This document shows, in pieces, positions 1-15,600 of a stretch of 64,000 nt of DNA. The position numbers and the translations under genes are program-made. The notes beneath the pieces were generated by a model. It ran no database searches. It had not been told where the DNA came from and saw only the letters and a program-made list of their open reading frames with translations. The stretch covers positions 62,001-126,000 of the forward strand of contig JYFJ02000469.1 of assembly GCA_000934665.2 (NCBI GenBank). The letters are read 5' to 3'. Source of the DNA: Catajapyx aquilonaris. Taxonomy: Eukaryota. Numbering within the stretch: position 1 is the first letter of the stretch; the number at the start of each line of letters is the position of its first letter.

Positions 1-3000
1 TTTCCAACATCACCGTAAACCGGAACTAATTGTCCTGATGACCTTTTCACCGGAATAATGAACCGCCTATAACAAGCTCCTAATTGTAAAATGTCGGCAG
101 AGTTTGATCCCCCTCCTCGTAACGCTAGCATTTCGGGGAGCCATTGTGAAGCGATATAACCGGAGGGACATCAATACCCTCTCTTTGTGAGTGGTTGACC
201 TGTGATGTGACAACAAAGGGACACCTTTATCCAGCTTGTGACCTCATCGGACACATTTGATCAATACACATGTGATGAAGTAATAAGTAAGATGTAAATT
301 TTTCATTCCCCCCCAAAAAAGGTCGAGTGCATGTTCGTGTGAAGGGGTCATTTTAATACCTGGAGAAGAGCATCCTAGTCGTCCTTATTGATCTTCATTA
401 TGAATTTATTCTGGCCCTATAGTGTATGAGTCTGCACTCTTCCCACCCATGAAATTATAATCAGAGGCAATCGATTTTTATAAATCTCGGGAGAGTTACT
501 GCGTAATGATTCATGGATATTTTTCCTTCATGAATAACTAAAAAAAGAGGTTGAAGAAGCAATCATGATTCGGGAAATAATTAATGCTCACGGCGTAAGA
601 TGTCACCGACAGCGTCCTACATCCATCACCGCATTGCAGGTACTGCCTGTGAAAAGTAACGTCAAACCGCCAAGGTTCAGGTCAACTTCCACTAAAATTT
701 CATTAAGGAATGGATGCAGAGAAGTAATCTCAGAGTTTGATTCAATATAACCGCACCTGATTAGATTTCCTTACTCTTCCGGGTCTCAGCAGTCGGTTTA
801 GGAAAAGGACGGCATGCGAGATTACAGTATATACTCTTGCGTCGGGTTTCAAAACCATGCATCGAGACGAACAGAAAAGGACTCCGGTTTCAGAAGCTGT
901 TGACTCTGCACTCAAGACGTAGCGCAACTTGTACTGGGAACCGCAACTCCAAGTCTAATGAGCAAACCTGTTTCGAAAGACGGTTTGAACCAGATCAGAT
1001 TGCACCAAATCAGTGTCTATGCACACACACTGTGCTTTCAGGCAGAATGGAGTTACAGTAACTGCGACAGAAAAATGATATGACTACCCTACGGTGTGGC
1101 ATACAGTGTGACGATCTGACACAAACAGGTGACATCTCCCCATTTTATATCAGGACAAAATCTGCTGTTTCCGAAGATACTATTTCAGTCTCAATGACAC
1201 ACCTATTCCGAAACAACAAGTTGATATCAAATCCTGATGTGAACCTTATTTTTCGCAAGCTGTCAGCGTGATTCATTGGCGATGTCATGGCATCGGAACA
1301 TTGTCTAGCTAAAACTCGTGCATAGTTCATATATTCGGTACGCTGTTTCACTCCAGATTATAAACGACTGGCTTGGGACAGTCGCAAAATAACATATTTT
1401 TGTGGCAAGAATATCTTCTTGCTACATGCGACTGGGTGTGAATTCCCTTTCAGAGCAAAAACCGAAAAGTGGAAATAGTCATTTAACGTCAAAAGAGAAA
1501 ATCCAGTTCCAGGTACCAGCATGAAGATACTCATTTAACGCTCATTAATCAATATTATAGACCGACATATTCGTGTCTGGCTCGTTCTACGGCTACAAAC
1601 GTCAGAAACTCTTGTGATTAATTGCCATCGTATATGGATGTGTCAGGGAGAATAACAGCAAGTTTATGTCGCAACACTAAATGCAATTGCGAAAGCAACA
1701 GATACTTTGTAAAAATATTCAACTTCATGAAAGCACTAACAGCAAAACCCAGCCACCCCCCATTACAACAGCAGTTTGCAAAAAATGAGCGGCTTTATGT
1801 TTCAATCTATCACATCTGCCCTACTCTCAGGTAATAAGAATCAGGGCAACACAAAGCTATACATAGCAACACCACTCCGACATTTTTTTACCCCCATGTT
1901 GATGTAATTCTCATCATAAATTACAAGCCAAACACGATTACAAGCACAAAAGCTAATGGGTAGAGATCACGAATCCGTTGCCTGTGTATCGCACATTAAA
2001 TTACGCGAGAGTATGCGCCTTCAAATAATCATGCGATGCTGCTAATCAGAGTCTTACACAATGCCGTTTGCTCTGAGATAATAGAATATGAGTCAAGGTG
2101 CCTTCCGAGGGATGATGTGAAACTGCGCCGTTTTCATCGCGCTTGGAAACACCAACTGTCTCGCACAATCCTGACTAATGTAGAGCGGGTCATGTCCGGT
2201 TTTGGCTCCAAAACCGGACATTTTTAGGTCAGTGTCGTGCCACAGGCACCTGCGTTCGCTGCAGATGGACTAAGGCACGATATTGGACCTTGTTTTTCTT
2301 TTTCGTGCCTGAAAAAAAAATACATATGGCCCGGTTACACGTCTACAGTTTCAAAGCTGCCCTAGGAAAGTAAACTAATAGTTTGCCACCTAATGATGTA
2401 ATGAACTACGCACAGCAGGTGTCAAATAACGAAAACACCTCTTTCGACTAATGCTGACACCAAAAGCAGAAAAAAAGCAACAAGACCCTGGTCTGCGCAC
2501 CTACTTCAAAAATCTGACAAGCAAATCGACCCATGCAATAATTATAAACAAGATTAACGAAACAGTCGTCTATAGTAATCAGGGTTATAATTGCTCATAA
2601 AAATTGCAGTCTCACTCGAGATTCTCGCACGCAGCACGAACATGTGCAGGTTAACACTCCTAAAAGCACAGATCCTGGTCCCTGCAAGTCATTCAATGCC
2701 GCATGAAAATTCACGTCTCCAACTTTACGATCATTTTACGAGATTCAGACTACACCTCAGAGCCCACCAAGCCGCATGCAGACTAGAAATTACGAAAACA
2801 ATGCTAAGTAACAAAAGTGGACTCTCACTGATTTGGGGGTGAGTTGTGCCATAACATTACTTAATTATTAAAAAGAGACATTGGATATTGAAATATCGAC
2901 ACGATATTTCACGATCGCCTTGGGTCGACGTAAACTTGCCTCCTTCAATATGACCTCACATATTCACATTTCCAGATCCCTTTTACTCTCCCGCATAGTG

Positions 3001-5708
3001 TGAGCAAAAGCGCCACATATTCCCCTTTCATGGACCACGTGTCGATGAAACGATCCAAACCCGCCGTTGAATTCCGTCTCTTTCACGCTAACAAATGATT
3101 CTGATCTCTTTCAGGAAGCACAGCCTCTGGGAAAGAGAAAAAAAACCGGGGTCTTTTCTGGAAGGGTTCCAGACGGAAGCGAGAGCACTTATGAACGGAA
3201 GCTTATTACCGTATTATGGCTCTTCTTTTCTTCGCCGCCCCGTCGGGTTATCGCCAAGAGTACGCTTCATGTCAAACCGTGAGCGTGGAGAAAGCGACGC
3301 GATAACAGCTTCGATTCCAGCCCAGGTATAATTTACGTTATCACCGACTTCCAATATCATCAGCTCAGGAAAAGGGGACGTGGAATTGTATCTATAAAAA
3401 TAGGATGGGGTTGCATGTAAGGCTCAGATGAGATGGCAGAAAAAAAGAGAGGGGGATATTGGGGAATGTTGGGAGTAATTTTGCAACGGAGATAATTCAT
3501 AACCAGACTTCCCACATTGTAAATCTGAGGGGCCACAAAGAGCCTTTTCAGCGGCAGCTGCCCCGAAAAGAAACAAGGCAATACCGCTGAACAGCTTGTG
3601 AAACTTCAACAGCGTTTATATGGAGCGATTAATCATGGTGGAGTTGGAGGCATTCGCCATTGGAGGGTGAAAAAAGTTTTCGCGTAAAAGAATAATCTTT
3701 GCCTTTCTGCAATTAGCAAAAATTATAACCGGCAGTCGGAGCCATATTTATCATCAACAGTATTATTGGACCCATGTGTAGTGAAGAATTTTTCTCTCCA
3801 TACACAGCCTTTGGTTAATACGGCCCACTTTGTTCTGATCCCAGAAAATAAAGTCAGGTGTTTTTGAACACACCCATGCAAAAATCCGAAACAACCGCGC
3901 CTGTTAAATCATTTGCATGGTTGCCGAACATTTCACAGATGTGTGTGGCATAGGAGTAAAACCACTGCATTCCTGCAAGCCTGCTTATGTGGTGCGCCCA
4001 TGGAGTTTTAAGTGTAAAGGTTAACTTGTGTGCCCCTCCAGGCACGTACAGTATAGTAACCCAACTTCAAACTTTCAATGGAGCCGATAGTTCGGTTGTG
4101 AGAACGTGTTTGTAAATGCCTATTGGCGATTTCCACAATCACTTCCATGGCCTATAGCCTTACTGTAATAGGTCTTGATACTCGAGATGATTTTTTACAC
4201 GTACAGGATAGCTTACGAGAATGAAACAACAAGAACAAACTGCTGGAATAACGACTTTCCAATATGTTGGCTATTCGGCTCACAATTGCGTTTTTGATGA
4301 AGTAGAAGATGATCATGAAAGAAAGGGCAAATGTTTATGGATAGAAATTTTCAAAATCCCGATTTAAAAGTGTTACAACCGACCACTACTGATCATTGGT
4401 GCACCAACCATTTCAATGCATCAAATTATTCACAACCGTGTTGGGAGAGAACTGTAATCATAAAACTAGAGTACACAGCAGTATTTGGCCGAAATGTTAT
4501 TGAGAAAAGCAAGCTTTTGCCGCAGGTAACAGTATAATGACCAGTTTTAAGCTACAATTCCATGTGTCGAGCATGATAAAACCATCATTTTATTACAATG
4601 GACATATGCTATTCATTTATGTAATGCGCTTTTAACCCTCTTTTAGAATCATCATATGCTTTTCTGTTAATCTCATACGACCAGATGTTTCAAACTATTT
4701 CAGCCAAAAAGCCTAGCAGATATCATTAAGAATCGCATTAGCGGGGTAAAAACAGACAATAAATCCCATTCGTTATATTCCAACCGGCAAACTGATTTGC
4801 TGGTATATATATCAAACAAAATAACGGCCTAACCATAATATCGACCTCCCATTTTTAATCAAAGGTTTGTGAAATGTCTGTATGCGGCAACGGTAAATTA
4901 ACGGATCCATTAAAGGGGGGAAGAAGTAAGCTTACATCCAATCAAAGAACAGACTGTGGCCATATACAAACAGGCTGCTTTTTGATTACGAGTTTTCCCG
5001 TCATTTGACGTGAATTCTACGCACCGGAATAAACGCAGTGCCATTCTTTTTAAGTTACATAATCAAGCCTTTTGTGACTTCCCCAAAAGCCTATTCACGG
5101 CAGCGTCGGCCCAAAAGAATAATTTTCCGTCTATTGACACATCACAAAACAGATCCGAAGGCCGTATTTGCATAAAAATTCTGCGCTTTAGCATCCCCTG
5201 CCACAAGGTTTTAACTGTATCAACCTGCCCGCAGTGAATGATTCACAGAACAACAAAGGAAGCCAATCAAGCATGGTTCATTTTTTTCCCCCATCTGCCT
5301 CCGGACCTAAAACAGAACATCAAGTGGAGGCCCTTTTTGTGACCTACTCACTTTGACCCTGCCAGGTTTGGCGATTAGCATTCATCAGGACCCCCAGCCA
5401 TCATAAAAGGATTTAAGCCTGTTCATGTCCGCCTCAAACAAACATGAGCCACTCAGTGTTGTTATTCTGCGTCTGTAGCAATATTCCCATAAAAGATATG
5501 GCCTGATCAATGGTATTTTCATAACCTATACACCATATTAGGGCAGCTTAATCTTTGCAACTGAAACCACCAGTCCTCTTAATCCAAATCGACTTCTATA
5601 CGGTTCGTGAAAAAATATGCATGTTCAAAGGACATATTAGGCATTTAAATACTCAAATGTGATGGGTTATTAGAAAAAGCAGCTTATTAAAGCGCTGAAA
5701 AAAATTCG

Positions 5709-5711
<3 letters not shown>

Positions 5712-5754
<43 letters not shown>
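5712..5754. repeat. (CT)n microsatellite
   Basis: Uninterrupted CT dinucleotide run, directly visible. Confidence 0.95.
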
Positions 5755-5756
<2 letters not shown>

Positions 5757-8700
5757 TATAAATATGAAATTGCCATAGCAGCTGGGAGTATGGAGAAGCC
5801 AGGGAATAAAACATTGAAAAAGTTTGACACTTTCGCTTACAGAAAACCATTGGAGAAGACACTTTTGAGTTTGACTGATGGTTTGCTGTCACATTTGACT
5901 ACAAAGGAGCAGAGGTGTGTCATTTTTCTCCGACTGGATCGCCCCTGAAGTCCGTCAGATCCGTGTCCAACACAGGGACATTGCCCCCTTCTCCTGAGGC
6001 CATTTTTCCCCCCCAGACAAGAGCTGTGAAAAAAAAATTGGGTGCAAATGCATCCTTTTCAAAAGAAGCCCCTCTTCTTCTTTCCTTAGCCTTTTCTCAT
6101 AATCCTTTCATATCAATTTCAATACAGCTGACAGGATGGAAGAAAAGGGGCTCAGAAATTTGGGCACTAGGAGGAAAGCCCTTCCCTCCCTCTGTAATGA
6201 CTTTTTCCTCCACAGTCTCCAAGCCTAATTCCCATAAAAGATTGTCTGTTCGTCAGAGAGTGGATCTTTATGGCATTGTTCTTTCAACGCACGATTCGAG
6301 AAATATCCCGAGATGGAGCCTGAGGAGGCGGGAGACGACCGGCATTTTCGGTAAATATGAGACTGCAAAGCTGCTTAAAGCTTCCTCGGCACATTTTCGC
6401 CAACTTGTAAGCACAAGTTACAGGTCTCCTTAAACCTGCTGGTAACGTCAAATCGCCGCGCTTCAAAACTCAGCAAAAATCTCTCACTTTCACGCACGTA
6501 GTGCACGTAAAATGCAAAAAAGCACGCAAAAAAAAGAGCGCCTACTCAGAACTGTCCCACACAATTTGCAAAGTGACTGTTAGACATGACAGCCATATTG
6601 CTGGAAAGTCAAGAAAGGAGCCCCAGGGTGTCCAGACGAATCCCATTTTTCCCCATCCAGTCCATTCCGTCCACGTCCCTCATCCAGTCCTTGACATTCC
6701 CTAGAATAGGGTGTGCTGGCCTGGCACACAAAAGCAGGAAGAAAGTGACCTAAGGGAGAAGAGATAAAAGATGCAAGGAGAAGAAGCGGTCAGGAGAAAA
6801 GCACAGGAGAGGAAGAAGGAAGCGGATCGATTGCTCAGTTGCCAGCATCGTCTCTATACTTCCAAACACCCCCCTCTTCTCAGGCCTGGGAAATGCAACT
6901 ATACATATACGAAAGGGCCGACTGATGCCCTTTTTTTGTGTGTGCGTGTTGGCTCCGTCTTCGTGTTATACTGGAACGTTGGAGAGATAAGACAAAGAGG
7001 AAAGTCGGGACCAGGGTGAAAATTGGGGGACAACGTCTTATACAACTGCCTTGCATTTGTATAAAGGGAGAAGCTACGGTGTAACTTTCTAGGAGTATAA
7101 AACAGCCAAGCGATGAAACCTAATCTATCTCCTTGCGAGAGCGGACTACTAAAATATACTCGCATATATCGACAGGCAACGGCAAGAATGATGAATTGCC
7201 GCGTGCGTAGCCTTGCTAATGGGGTAAATTCACATTGTAAACTTTCCAAACTCGATGTTCACGAGTAGTAAAATTAGTGATGTACATTAGACAAGTAAAA
7301 AATCGAGTCACGTCCACACAGCGACACTCCATTGCGTTTCAGTGTGATAGATTATTCGAGTATATCTTGCTGGCCTAAAGCCTGAGCGCAAAAATTATGG
7401 AAAAAAAATCCAACTAGAACGTGGAATCATTCTCCGGATATCTTCATGGGCAGGAGAGAAAAAAAAATCCCCAAAGCAATTAATAGTCGGCCATTGAAAA
7501 CCAGCCTCGCTTCCCTCGGACCGCCCCATGCATATCTCTCAGTAGAGACCCAAATTGCACTGGAATATGTAAATTACAGTATCACAATCAACGGTACTGA
7601 GCACACACGTAGTCCAATAATCCCTGACAATCAGCCCATTCCCAAAGTATACATTCGCCAGGGTTACAAGGCTCAGATAAAAGCTACACGACCAGGGCAG
7701 TACGCAAATTACACATCGCTGGCTCTTCATTCCGCATTCGTTTTTCAGTTGCAATCATGTTTTTTGGAAGGGGAGCAAATGAAAGTTTTAGGCCTTGTTC
7801 ACAAACACATAGTCCTTTAAGCGCTTTTGACATTCTTTCGGCGCTATTTAGCCGCTTCGTAGTATCTACAAAAAGGGGGTATATTATAACCAAAATAATC
7901 GTTTTACGAGTGCTGCACAGGCTGAAATTTCCACATTTATGCCTATAAGCCACTGGGCATGTTCTAAAACAAACATCATGAAGGCTCGTGAAGCGTGGTA
8001 TCAAGGGCGGGTAACCAAAACTGTAACTCAGAAATAACAAGGCACCTTGTAATGATGCTCTCGCCCCATCTTCTCTCGCTTCCAGCCAACTGTGGTCACG
8101 CCCTCCACTTTCTGTTTGGTTCATTCTAAGTAAACACCGTGGAGATACAAGCACATTTAGAGCAAATAGTGCTCGAAGGCTAGCAGGTGCTCGTGAAACC
8201 TGCTAAAATGTATCATCACGTCCGATATGACTTCATATCCTGAAACTACACTTACGAAGAGAGGGAGAAAAAAAAACTAGCTAGAATTTTAATAAACCAA
8301 GTTTGCAACATCTTTATTTTCCCTTCAGAGGCTCTTTTAAGTGGCGCTCAACTTGCAAACTTCGTTGGATATAAAACCAGCAGGACAATTCCCACGCCTT
8401 TCACGATTCCGGTAGTAAAAACTTTGGTCCACCTGGCTGGCAACCATCTCCTCGAAATCTCCATCTATACAGTGTACCCTCCCGAAGAAAAAACTTTTCC
8501 TACACGACCGAGAACCGACATAGAAAAGTTAAGCCCTCCCGCATAGTAAACTAGCCGTGACGACAACTACGTATCTCTTTCCTGAAACTATCCTCGCTTC
8601 GGGAAAACTAAAGGGAAGGTTGGACAAAAAAATGCGAGTAATTTTGATCGAAGTTTCCGTAATGTTCCGGGCGGCATGAGTGTCAGCAGATAACTCAGTC

Positions 8701-9577
8701 CCATCCGGTCCCCTCTCCGTATATACACTGGAGTACTGCACTTGCCCTACACCCCAGTCCCACCAGCTGGAAAATGGAAATGACGTTCCTGAGGGACTCG
8801 CTTTAGGCCCCAAACTTCTGCGTCCTAATGGTGCGAGTCGGACGCATTTTTGCTGGGGCCTCACCGAAATTATCCACTTGCCCTTTTCCCACCTCGCCGC
8901 AGTAGCTACGTTTCCATGTTGGAAATGAGCCATCCGCGGACTTGTACAGAATTATTCTGCTCTCATGGGGAGGCAAATTATTTTGTTTGAGGTAGTTTTC
9001 TCGAATGTAAAATTTTTGTATTAAAAATGGCCCGGAAGCCGCAATGAAACTGCAGGAAAATCACTGCAATCCACAGTGGACTGTACTACACTGCAGACAT
9101 CACCAATAACTGGGATATATAACTAGAGTCGCAATTGAGATTCATTATTAGCTATAAGTACAGCATAAAAGCTGTAAAACCTGCCAATTACATCATAGGT
9201 TTCGCCCTTTGTTGCGGTACTTCAACTCAGTTGGCGATTTAAGAATAACACGGCCACGGATTCGCCACAATCTGGTTCGAGCAAAGAGATTATCCGGGCA
9301 AAACGCCATTTTGCCAGAGCTGACGCCGCATGCATCTTTCTGAAACCCAATGGCAAATAAAACATCTACGTTGCAAGCTGTGGACTCATTATCTAACCAT
9401 CCGCACTTTAATTACGTACATTCTCACCTAAATTAATGCAGGGTTAATTACAGACGCATTATTTGCACAAGCTGCCTGTGATTTTTATCTTAGATGATGA
9501 AGAAAAAAAATCCTTATGCGTCCATGTTCACTTTTTATGCAACCCATTATTTTTTTAAATATAAAGTAAATAACAAG

Positions 9578-9645
9578 GGGTCGAATGTTCGTTCCACGGC
9601 TAGCACATTGCTAACTTAGCAGTTAGCAGTAACTAGCAGTGGGAC
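9578..9645. mobile_element. Degenerate copy of a short palindromic MITE-like family (consensus end GGGTCGAATTTTCGTCCCACTGCTAG)
   Basis: gggtcgaatgttcgttccacggctagc...ctagcagtgggac; the same terminal motif occurs at 32428-32525 and 59427-59520. Confidence 0.6.
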
Positions 9646-12600
9646 TCAGTGGTCAATCTTCATCCTTCCAGTTAGACTTCCAGATGAACAGGAGAGGCTG
9701 ATGGGTAGCCCTGCATTGTCAGGATAAAACCGCAAAGCACCTGCATTTACAGGGGGTTTCAGTTGCCGCATTTGCAATTACAACATTGCCTCCCAAAATT
9801 TCACCTTCGCTTGAAGCGAATTAAGCCCGGGTCAGAAAAAGTTCTGGGGCCTAAAACACTCACCTGGGCCGACAATAATTGTCCAGAGTTTTTGTTTCGC
9901 ACGGGGCAGAGGCACTTACTCAAGCAATGGCTCAATTAGTCTATTTTGCCACGGTGCAGTGGTTACATTTCCCTAATGAAGGCCAACCTCATAACCTCTC
10001 TCTCCCCCCGTGCATTTAAACCTTGTTGGCACGTGGGGCTCAACGAACGGCGATTCGTTTCAAATGCAGAGTTACGTACTCTGGAGAGTGGAGCGTTAGG
10101 ATAGGATGTTTAATTGATTCGTTCATTAGCGTATGCAGCATGCGGCATTGTGCCTGTTTCATCATATGGACTTGAACGGAGTAACCGCCAATAAAAAATT
10201 TGGCGCATCACGGAGAAAAGTGCGATAAGAGTCGAAATGCAATGGAATTCGCGAATCGCCACCTCGGTCATACACAAGTCGGTTGCAGAAATTCCGGACG
10301 ATCAATAGAAACGTCCCTTAATAATTCATCACTTTGTCAGGTCGTCGTACAATAGCCCGAGTTATGCATGCAATTATTCCGCTCAACTCATGCGCGCTAC
10401 AATTTCGCAAATTATTGTTGCAGTTTACTGCGAACGTAATATTCGACTGGCCCGGTTATTTCGATATGAAAAATGTCAAATCATTCTGTCAAGATGACAG
10501 TGTATTGACGACCCGCTATCTGCATTGTACACATGAAACTCCGCCAGCCTACATTATCATTTTTCAATAGCCTTTGACGTATGATTTTCCGGTGCACTCT
10601 TTCAAAGGCCGAAGAAGCATTCATTCAATTCACTATGTCAAGGCAAAAAGGCTTTGCACACTACTCTGAATTACCTTTTATCTCGACTTGCAGCATCGAG
10701 GTCACAGAAATTGCATCATTTCGAACCATTAAATCACTCCATTTCGGCAGACCCACCGTGTCCACATTATACGCGTAAAAATTCATGTAATCAGCGAATT
10801 ATACGATTCAGATTTTTTTTTCTAGTGCCCATGCGCACTTTATCAACAGGTCGCTTAAGTCCGTGACATTATCATAATCCTGTCCGTATATCACAGGATC
10901 AACCCTTTTCACTCTAGGCAGTATTACCGTGAATGCAAACAACAAAGATTGACCCAATAATATCCATATAGTGAATACACCCTCCGGCATAATGTCGGCG
11001 ATCAATCGACCATAAAAGAATCGTCAAACCCTGGCAACAGCGATGCTGGTATACCTTCTAAGAAACAATATCCGAAAAATCTGCTCATATTTTCAAAAAT
11101 TACAGGCCCTCCAGCTATAGTGTGCAGCAGGCTTAGTTGTGCAACACGCCAAAAAAAATCTGCAGAAAAGTTGAACCCCCCTCCGTCGCATTTTGTGGCA
11201 CAAACCCCGCTACAGATTCCAGCCATATGCATTCAGATCCGATCCTGACGTCTCCTCGTCCCCCAATTGAAAACGCTGATTTCCGAAACCTTGGGAGAGT
11301 TGCTCCGAGCCGAGAAATGTGGTCCATACCCAAGCAAAACCTCCCAGCTGTTGTCTCCCCCCCACCCCCTTCCATTCCCTGCACACCCCTCCCTGGTTCT
11401 ACTATACCCCCAGCCAGTGAGTGCAGCGGGTGTAGGCAATGCTGTGGCGCAAGGCAAAGAGGAGCAGTCCCAGCCTGCCGGGGCAACGGGGAGGACCTGC
11501 CTCTCCCGAGCTCTCCTCCCAACAACATGGACTCGGTCTGTACCGCAGTCCCCAGGTAAGGCAATGCGTCGCAATCATGTACAAACTCAGTTACGGAATC
11601 GGACCCGGGGTGTAATTCAGAGAGGGGGGGGGGGGGGGNGGGGGGGGGGGTCCCTTAAGATTTGTCACATGTCAGGAGTCACTGCGCGCCTCCAGTGTGA
11701 GTGCCTGACACTATACGGGTCCGATTGCGTAACAAGCAAGTGTACTTTACTACTGTATACTCAGGGCAGGGCATGCCAATAAATGGCCATACCACTATGA
11801 CAGTTTCTCCTGCAATAGTGAATCATCAACGTACAGTGTCAATAAATGGTATGCTGGCGCTATACTGCATAGCAAGGTGCGGGGCAAAACTTTTATTGAG
11901 TAGGTCATTATCAAAACCGGGATATCGCCTTCCAGGTATTTTCACAGCCCAGGTGACCTTTTAGAATGAGAGGTAGACCCGAGGTGAAAATGTTCAATAT
12001 ATTGAGAATATGAATTTAACGGGCCAGGAATTAACACACTTTTGACAACATGAGATAGCCTGGTTTTGATAGTGATCTACTATTTTAGTAGGTTACACAT
12101 CAGAGTAGCATTTGGACCAGTTCCACATAAGATTGTTACTAAATTCCATGCGATGACAGCCCCTAGCGTGGCCATAGATATCTCTTGGTGACAGTCTGAA
12201 TTAGGGTTGAAAGGTCAGCATAAACAACCATCTTTGTCAAAAGCGATCCTGCTGCTAACAATGTGTCAGGTTTGTGTAAATCCTCTAATTTATTAACATA
12301 TACGCTGGCATATGCGCTAAAAACAAATAGAAAGTCCTGCACGTGACCATTAGGAGTGGTGTGGTGTCGAGGCTCATCCGCCTAATCCGCTTCCGCCAGA
12401 TGGATTCAAACACCCTGGGTTTCGGAATTAAATAAATAACACGACCACTAGCCTGTCACATCCGCGGTGGAATCGGCTTATATACACCGTCATGAGATTC
12501 CCTCTTGCAATTACCCAGGATTTATGGGACGTCTTCCTCCGCTTCCTAATTTGAGGAAATAATCATTCGGGCGCAAGTTCATGCGAGTACAACGGTATGG

Positions 12601-15600
12601 CGCAGGGTACGGACCGCGAAAATTAGTGGCGTTGTGCTCTCGCATTGTGCTGCATAATCGCGCGTTAATTACTTGTAAACATTAACGGCATTATAAGCGA
12701 CATATCGCGGTTAATAATGAGCTTAACCCTCCAGCTGGAAAAACACATCGATATTTCTGCTCTAGGCATCACCTTTTTTACGCACTCTCTGTATTCAGAG
12801 GACCATTTTTCCATGCCATGCTTTTCAGGAGGCGATGACAGCCATTGTTTAACTCGGTTCGCGGGGCTCATTCACATGCTAACTTCTAGAAACAACGTTC
12901 ATGGCTTGTTCATCGTGCAGTTTTGGGAAGTAAAGTTTCCACCTGCTGTGCCATAAATCACGCGTGGAACACTTTTTTTTTTTTTTTTCAACCCCATCTC
13001 CGACATGAGCAAAAAGGATCGTATAGTGTATCCTGTACATAACTTCTACCTGCTGAAAGTAATTAGCTCCAATTCATCCCAGGCGTATTTTACGACCAAT
13101 AAACTACCAGAGCCTTTCCCCCTAACGCGTCTGACAAGGTAACCACGATAATTTTATTACGCTCTGATGAAGTTGCTTCCAGAGAATGATGGGTCGTTTC
13201 TTCCCTCAAAGTCGTCGTCGTTTCAATACGTGCAATCATCTTGCTTGAAAGTATCATATAGCCATGATATTATGGCAGTAACATTTTGTGGAGTGGTATT
13301 AATGATACTATAGACGCGACCTAAATTAACTGACTACAAGGTATGATATTGCATGAGGTTCAGTTTGGTTTCAAAAATTTCCGCTATGATAGGTGGTTAC
13401 TTCAAATAACAATGGAAACAACCAGACTCTATTACACGTCCCTTTGTATTGGGTTTGACACCCGGAGCACTGTACATCACAAATACGCTGACAAACCTTC
13501 TTATTCCCTTACAGTGTTCAAACTACAAACTAAAAGTTGCAAACACTCTCCACGAAAATGGCATTACAAAGACACGCCAAAATAATGTGCCCATGTGGCA
13601 ATGTCTAGCTCTGTCAAATCATCAAAGTACTCCCGCACTTCTGTACAGTTCCAGGTCTTGTCTCCTGAGGTTTTCTTTGCCACTTTCATTCCAAAGTTAC
13701 CCGCCGAAATCAATACCCCCATACAAGAAAAAGTACCAACTACACAGCGCACGTACTAATTTCCCGCTTGGACTCCCTTCACAAGATTGATAGGCCCTCA
13801 CTTCTCCCTTTTTCTGCATGTTTACCGTCCCTTCCTGCCCATCCACCCCCTACTCTCCAATTAAGCTTTCAGAGGTAGGGCGCATTCTAACCCTGGGCCA
13901 CGACACAACTTGGCAATTTCACCCTCTTTTTCCGGGTACTGAGCTTCAATTGTGTTTTCATGCAGGGTCGCAAACTACTGACATTAATCACAAGCAGACG
14001 CAACTCAATTTTTTTTTAAAAAAACGTGGGTGATTACACAGCACACTGACGAACCCCCAAAAAACGTGAATTTCTTCTTTTGATACCCACACTTATTGTG
14101 GAAGTGGATGCATTGGGGGCTAGAATGGGCTTTTCCAACCTGCACAAAGGTCTGCTAGTAATGGAGGAAGCCTTTTAAAGCCTCGGGGACATGTGTCGGC
14201 CAGGTCCTTTTGTCTTGGGCTCCTTGCACAACAAAAGGGGCCTGACCAGGGCACATTCCTGGCTCAAGCAGACGCTTTGGATTGCCCAGCGCGTATCGAT
14301 GGGATTATGTCTATACTGTCATTACAGGCTCCATAAAAGCCGGTTGACAGCCGGGCCGGACATGCCCACTTCTCGCCAAATTTTCATTCAGTTGTCACTT
14401 GATCATCAAAGCCGCAACTATTAATTACCGTGATAATTAGCCCCATTGCAGTGTTGATAACAAGTGCTGCCCGGGCCTGATGAACATTAACCTGTTATTG
14501 TCACTCCCCTGCGGCACCGAGCAGGGCATGTCTGCACACTTTGTGCTGTATACAGAGTGTGTACAATGCACCTAAGTGTGTTGTCATTTCGGATGACAAT
14601 GGGCCTTTATTAGTCGTGTGCATTTTAGTTTGATATTAATACTATGCCGCGACATCAGGCTTGCGTAGAGCACTGTCATTACAAACGCAGTTTGTTGCGG
14701 TGGAATTTGCAACTAGAGACTCTCTCATGGGAGAAATGGGAACTAACACTCAACCTCAGCAGCTCCCCATTGGCCCAACTCGCTGAGGGGTGACCATTAA
14801 TGACTCTTCACTCGCGAACCCGGAATTCCAAATTACTAGCTATTCTACTGGTTGTGAAAAAAGCGCGAACTACACTGTCAAAAATAGTGTTGTCAAACAC
14901 GCAGCTTTCTACCGCACCTGTACAAACAGGGTCGAACTACACCATCACGATCACGGTCCAACCAGTATGAAACTGCTCTCTCCAGCCTGTAACCAGTTAC
15001 TAAAATGTTTTTGCTACGTGAAAATGGAACTTTGCTCCGAGCCAAATCACCGAAACAAGCCTCGACTCATTAGACTTAACGAAGTCATGTGTTGGACATC
15101 ACGCCCCCGTTTCTCCACACCGAAAATTACTCCTGTGCTGCAGAGACCCCGAGATGAAACTGGTTCTACTTTCCCTTGGTCCCAGCCCCCCAAAGTGCAA
15201 GCCCCTTCCTCTCATGATTGATTAATCAAGGCTAAGTGAACGGTGATGGAAAGAGTGGGATAGCCTATTAGTCTCTGACGGAGACGTGCACCAAAACAAC
15301 GTACTCGGAAGCGAACAATGTACGGCACGTGTGTGTATACAGCCCCATTTGCCCTCCCTTCACTTGTTTACATGAGCATCACTCCGTCGCCAGCCATTAT
15401 TGTGTTTGTCCTATGCCGGATCCCCTCCCCAAATCTGGCTGCTTCCTCGCTGGACTGCTACTCCTAACAGGCTTATAACGCAATTTATGAGGCCGGGCCT
15501 AGTGAGGCGTAACCTCTCTTTGTGATTAACTTTGTGAAGCCAAGTGTATGGTAACGGGGTTTTCCTCTCGCGCCCAAATATAACTCGGAAACCCGATGAG

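Noticed and set aside
11625..11650. Poly-G runs (also 32343-32369, and poly-C at ~50786-50810) as G-quadruplex elements
   Set aside because: Simple homopolymers, some containing N calls, so length is unreliable and there is no evidence of function.
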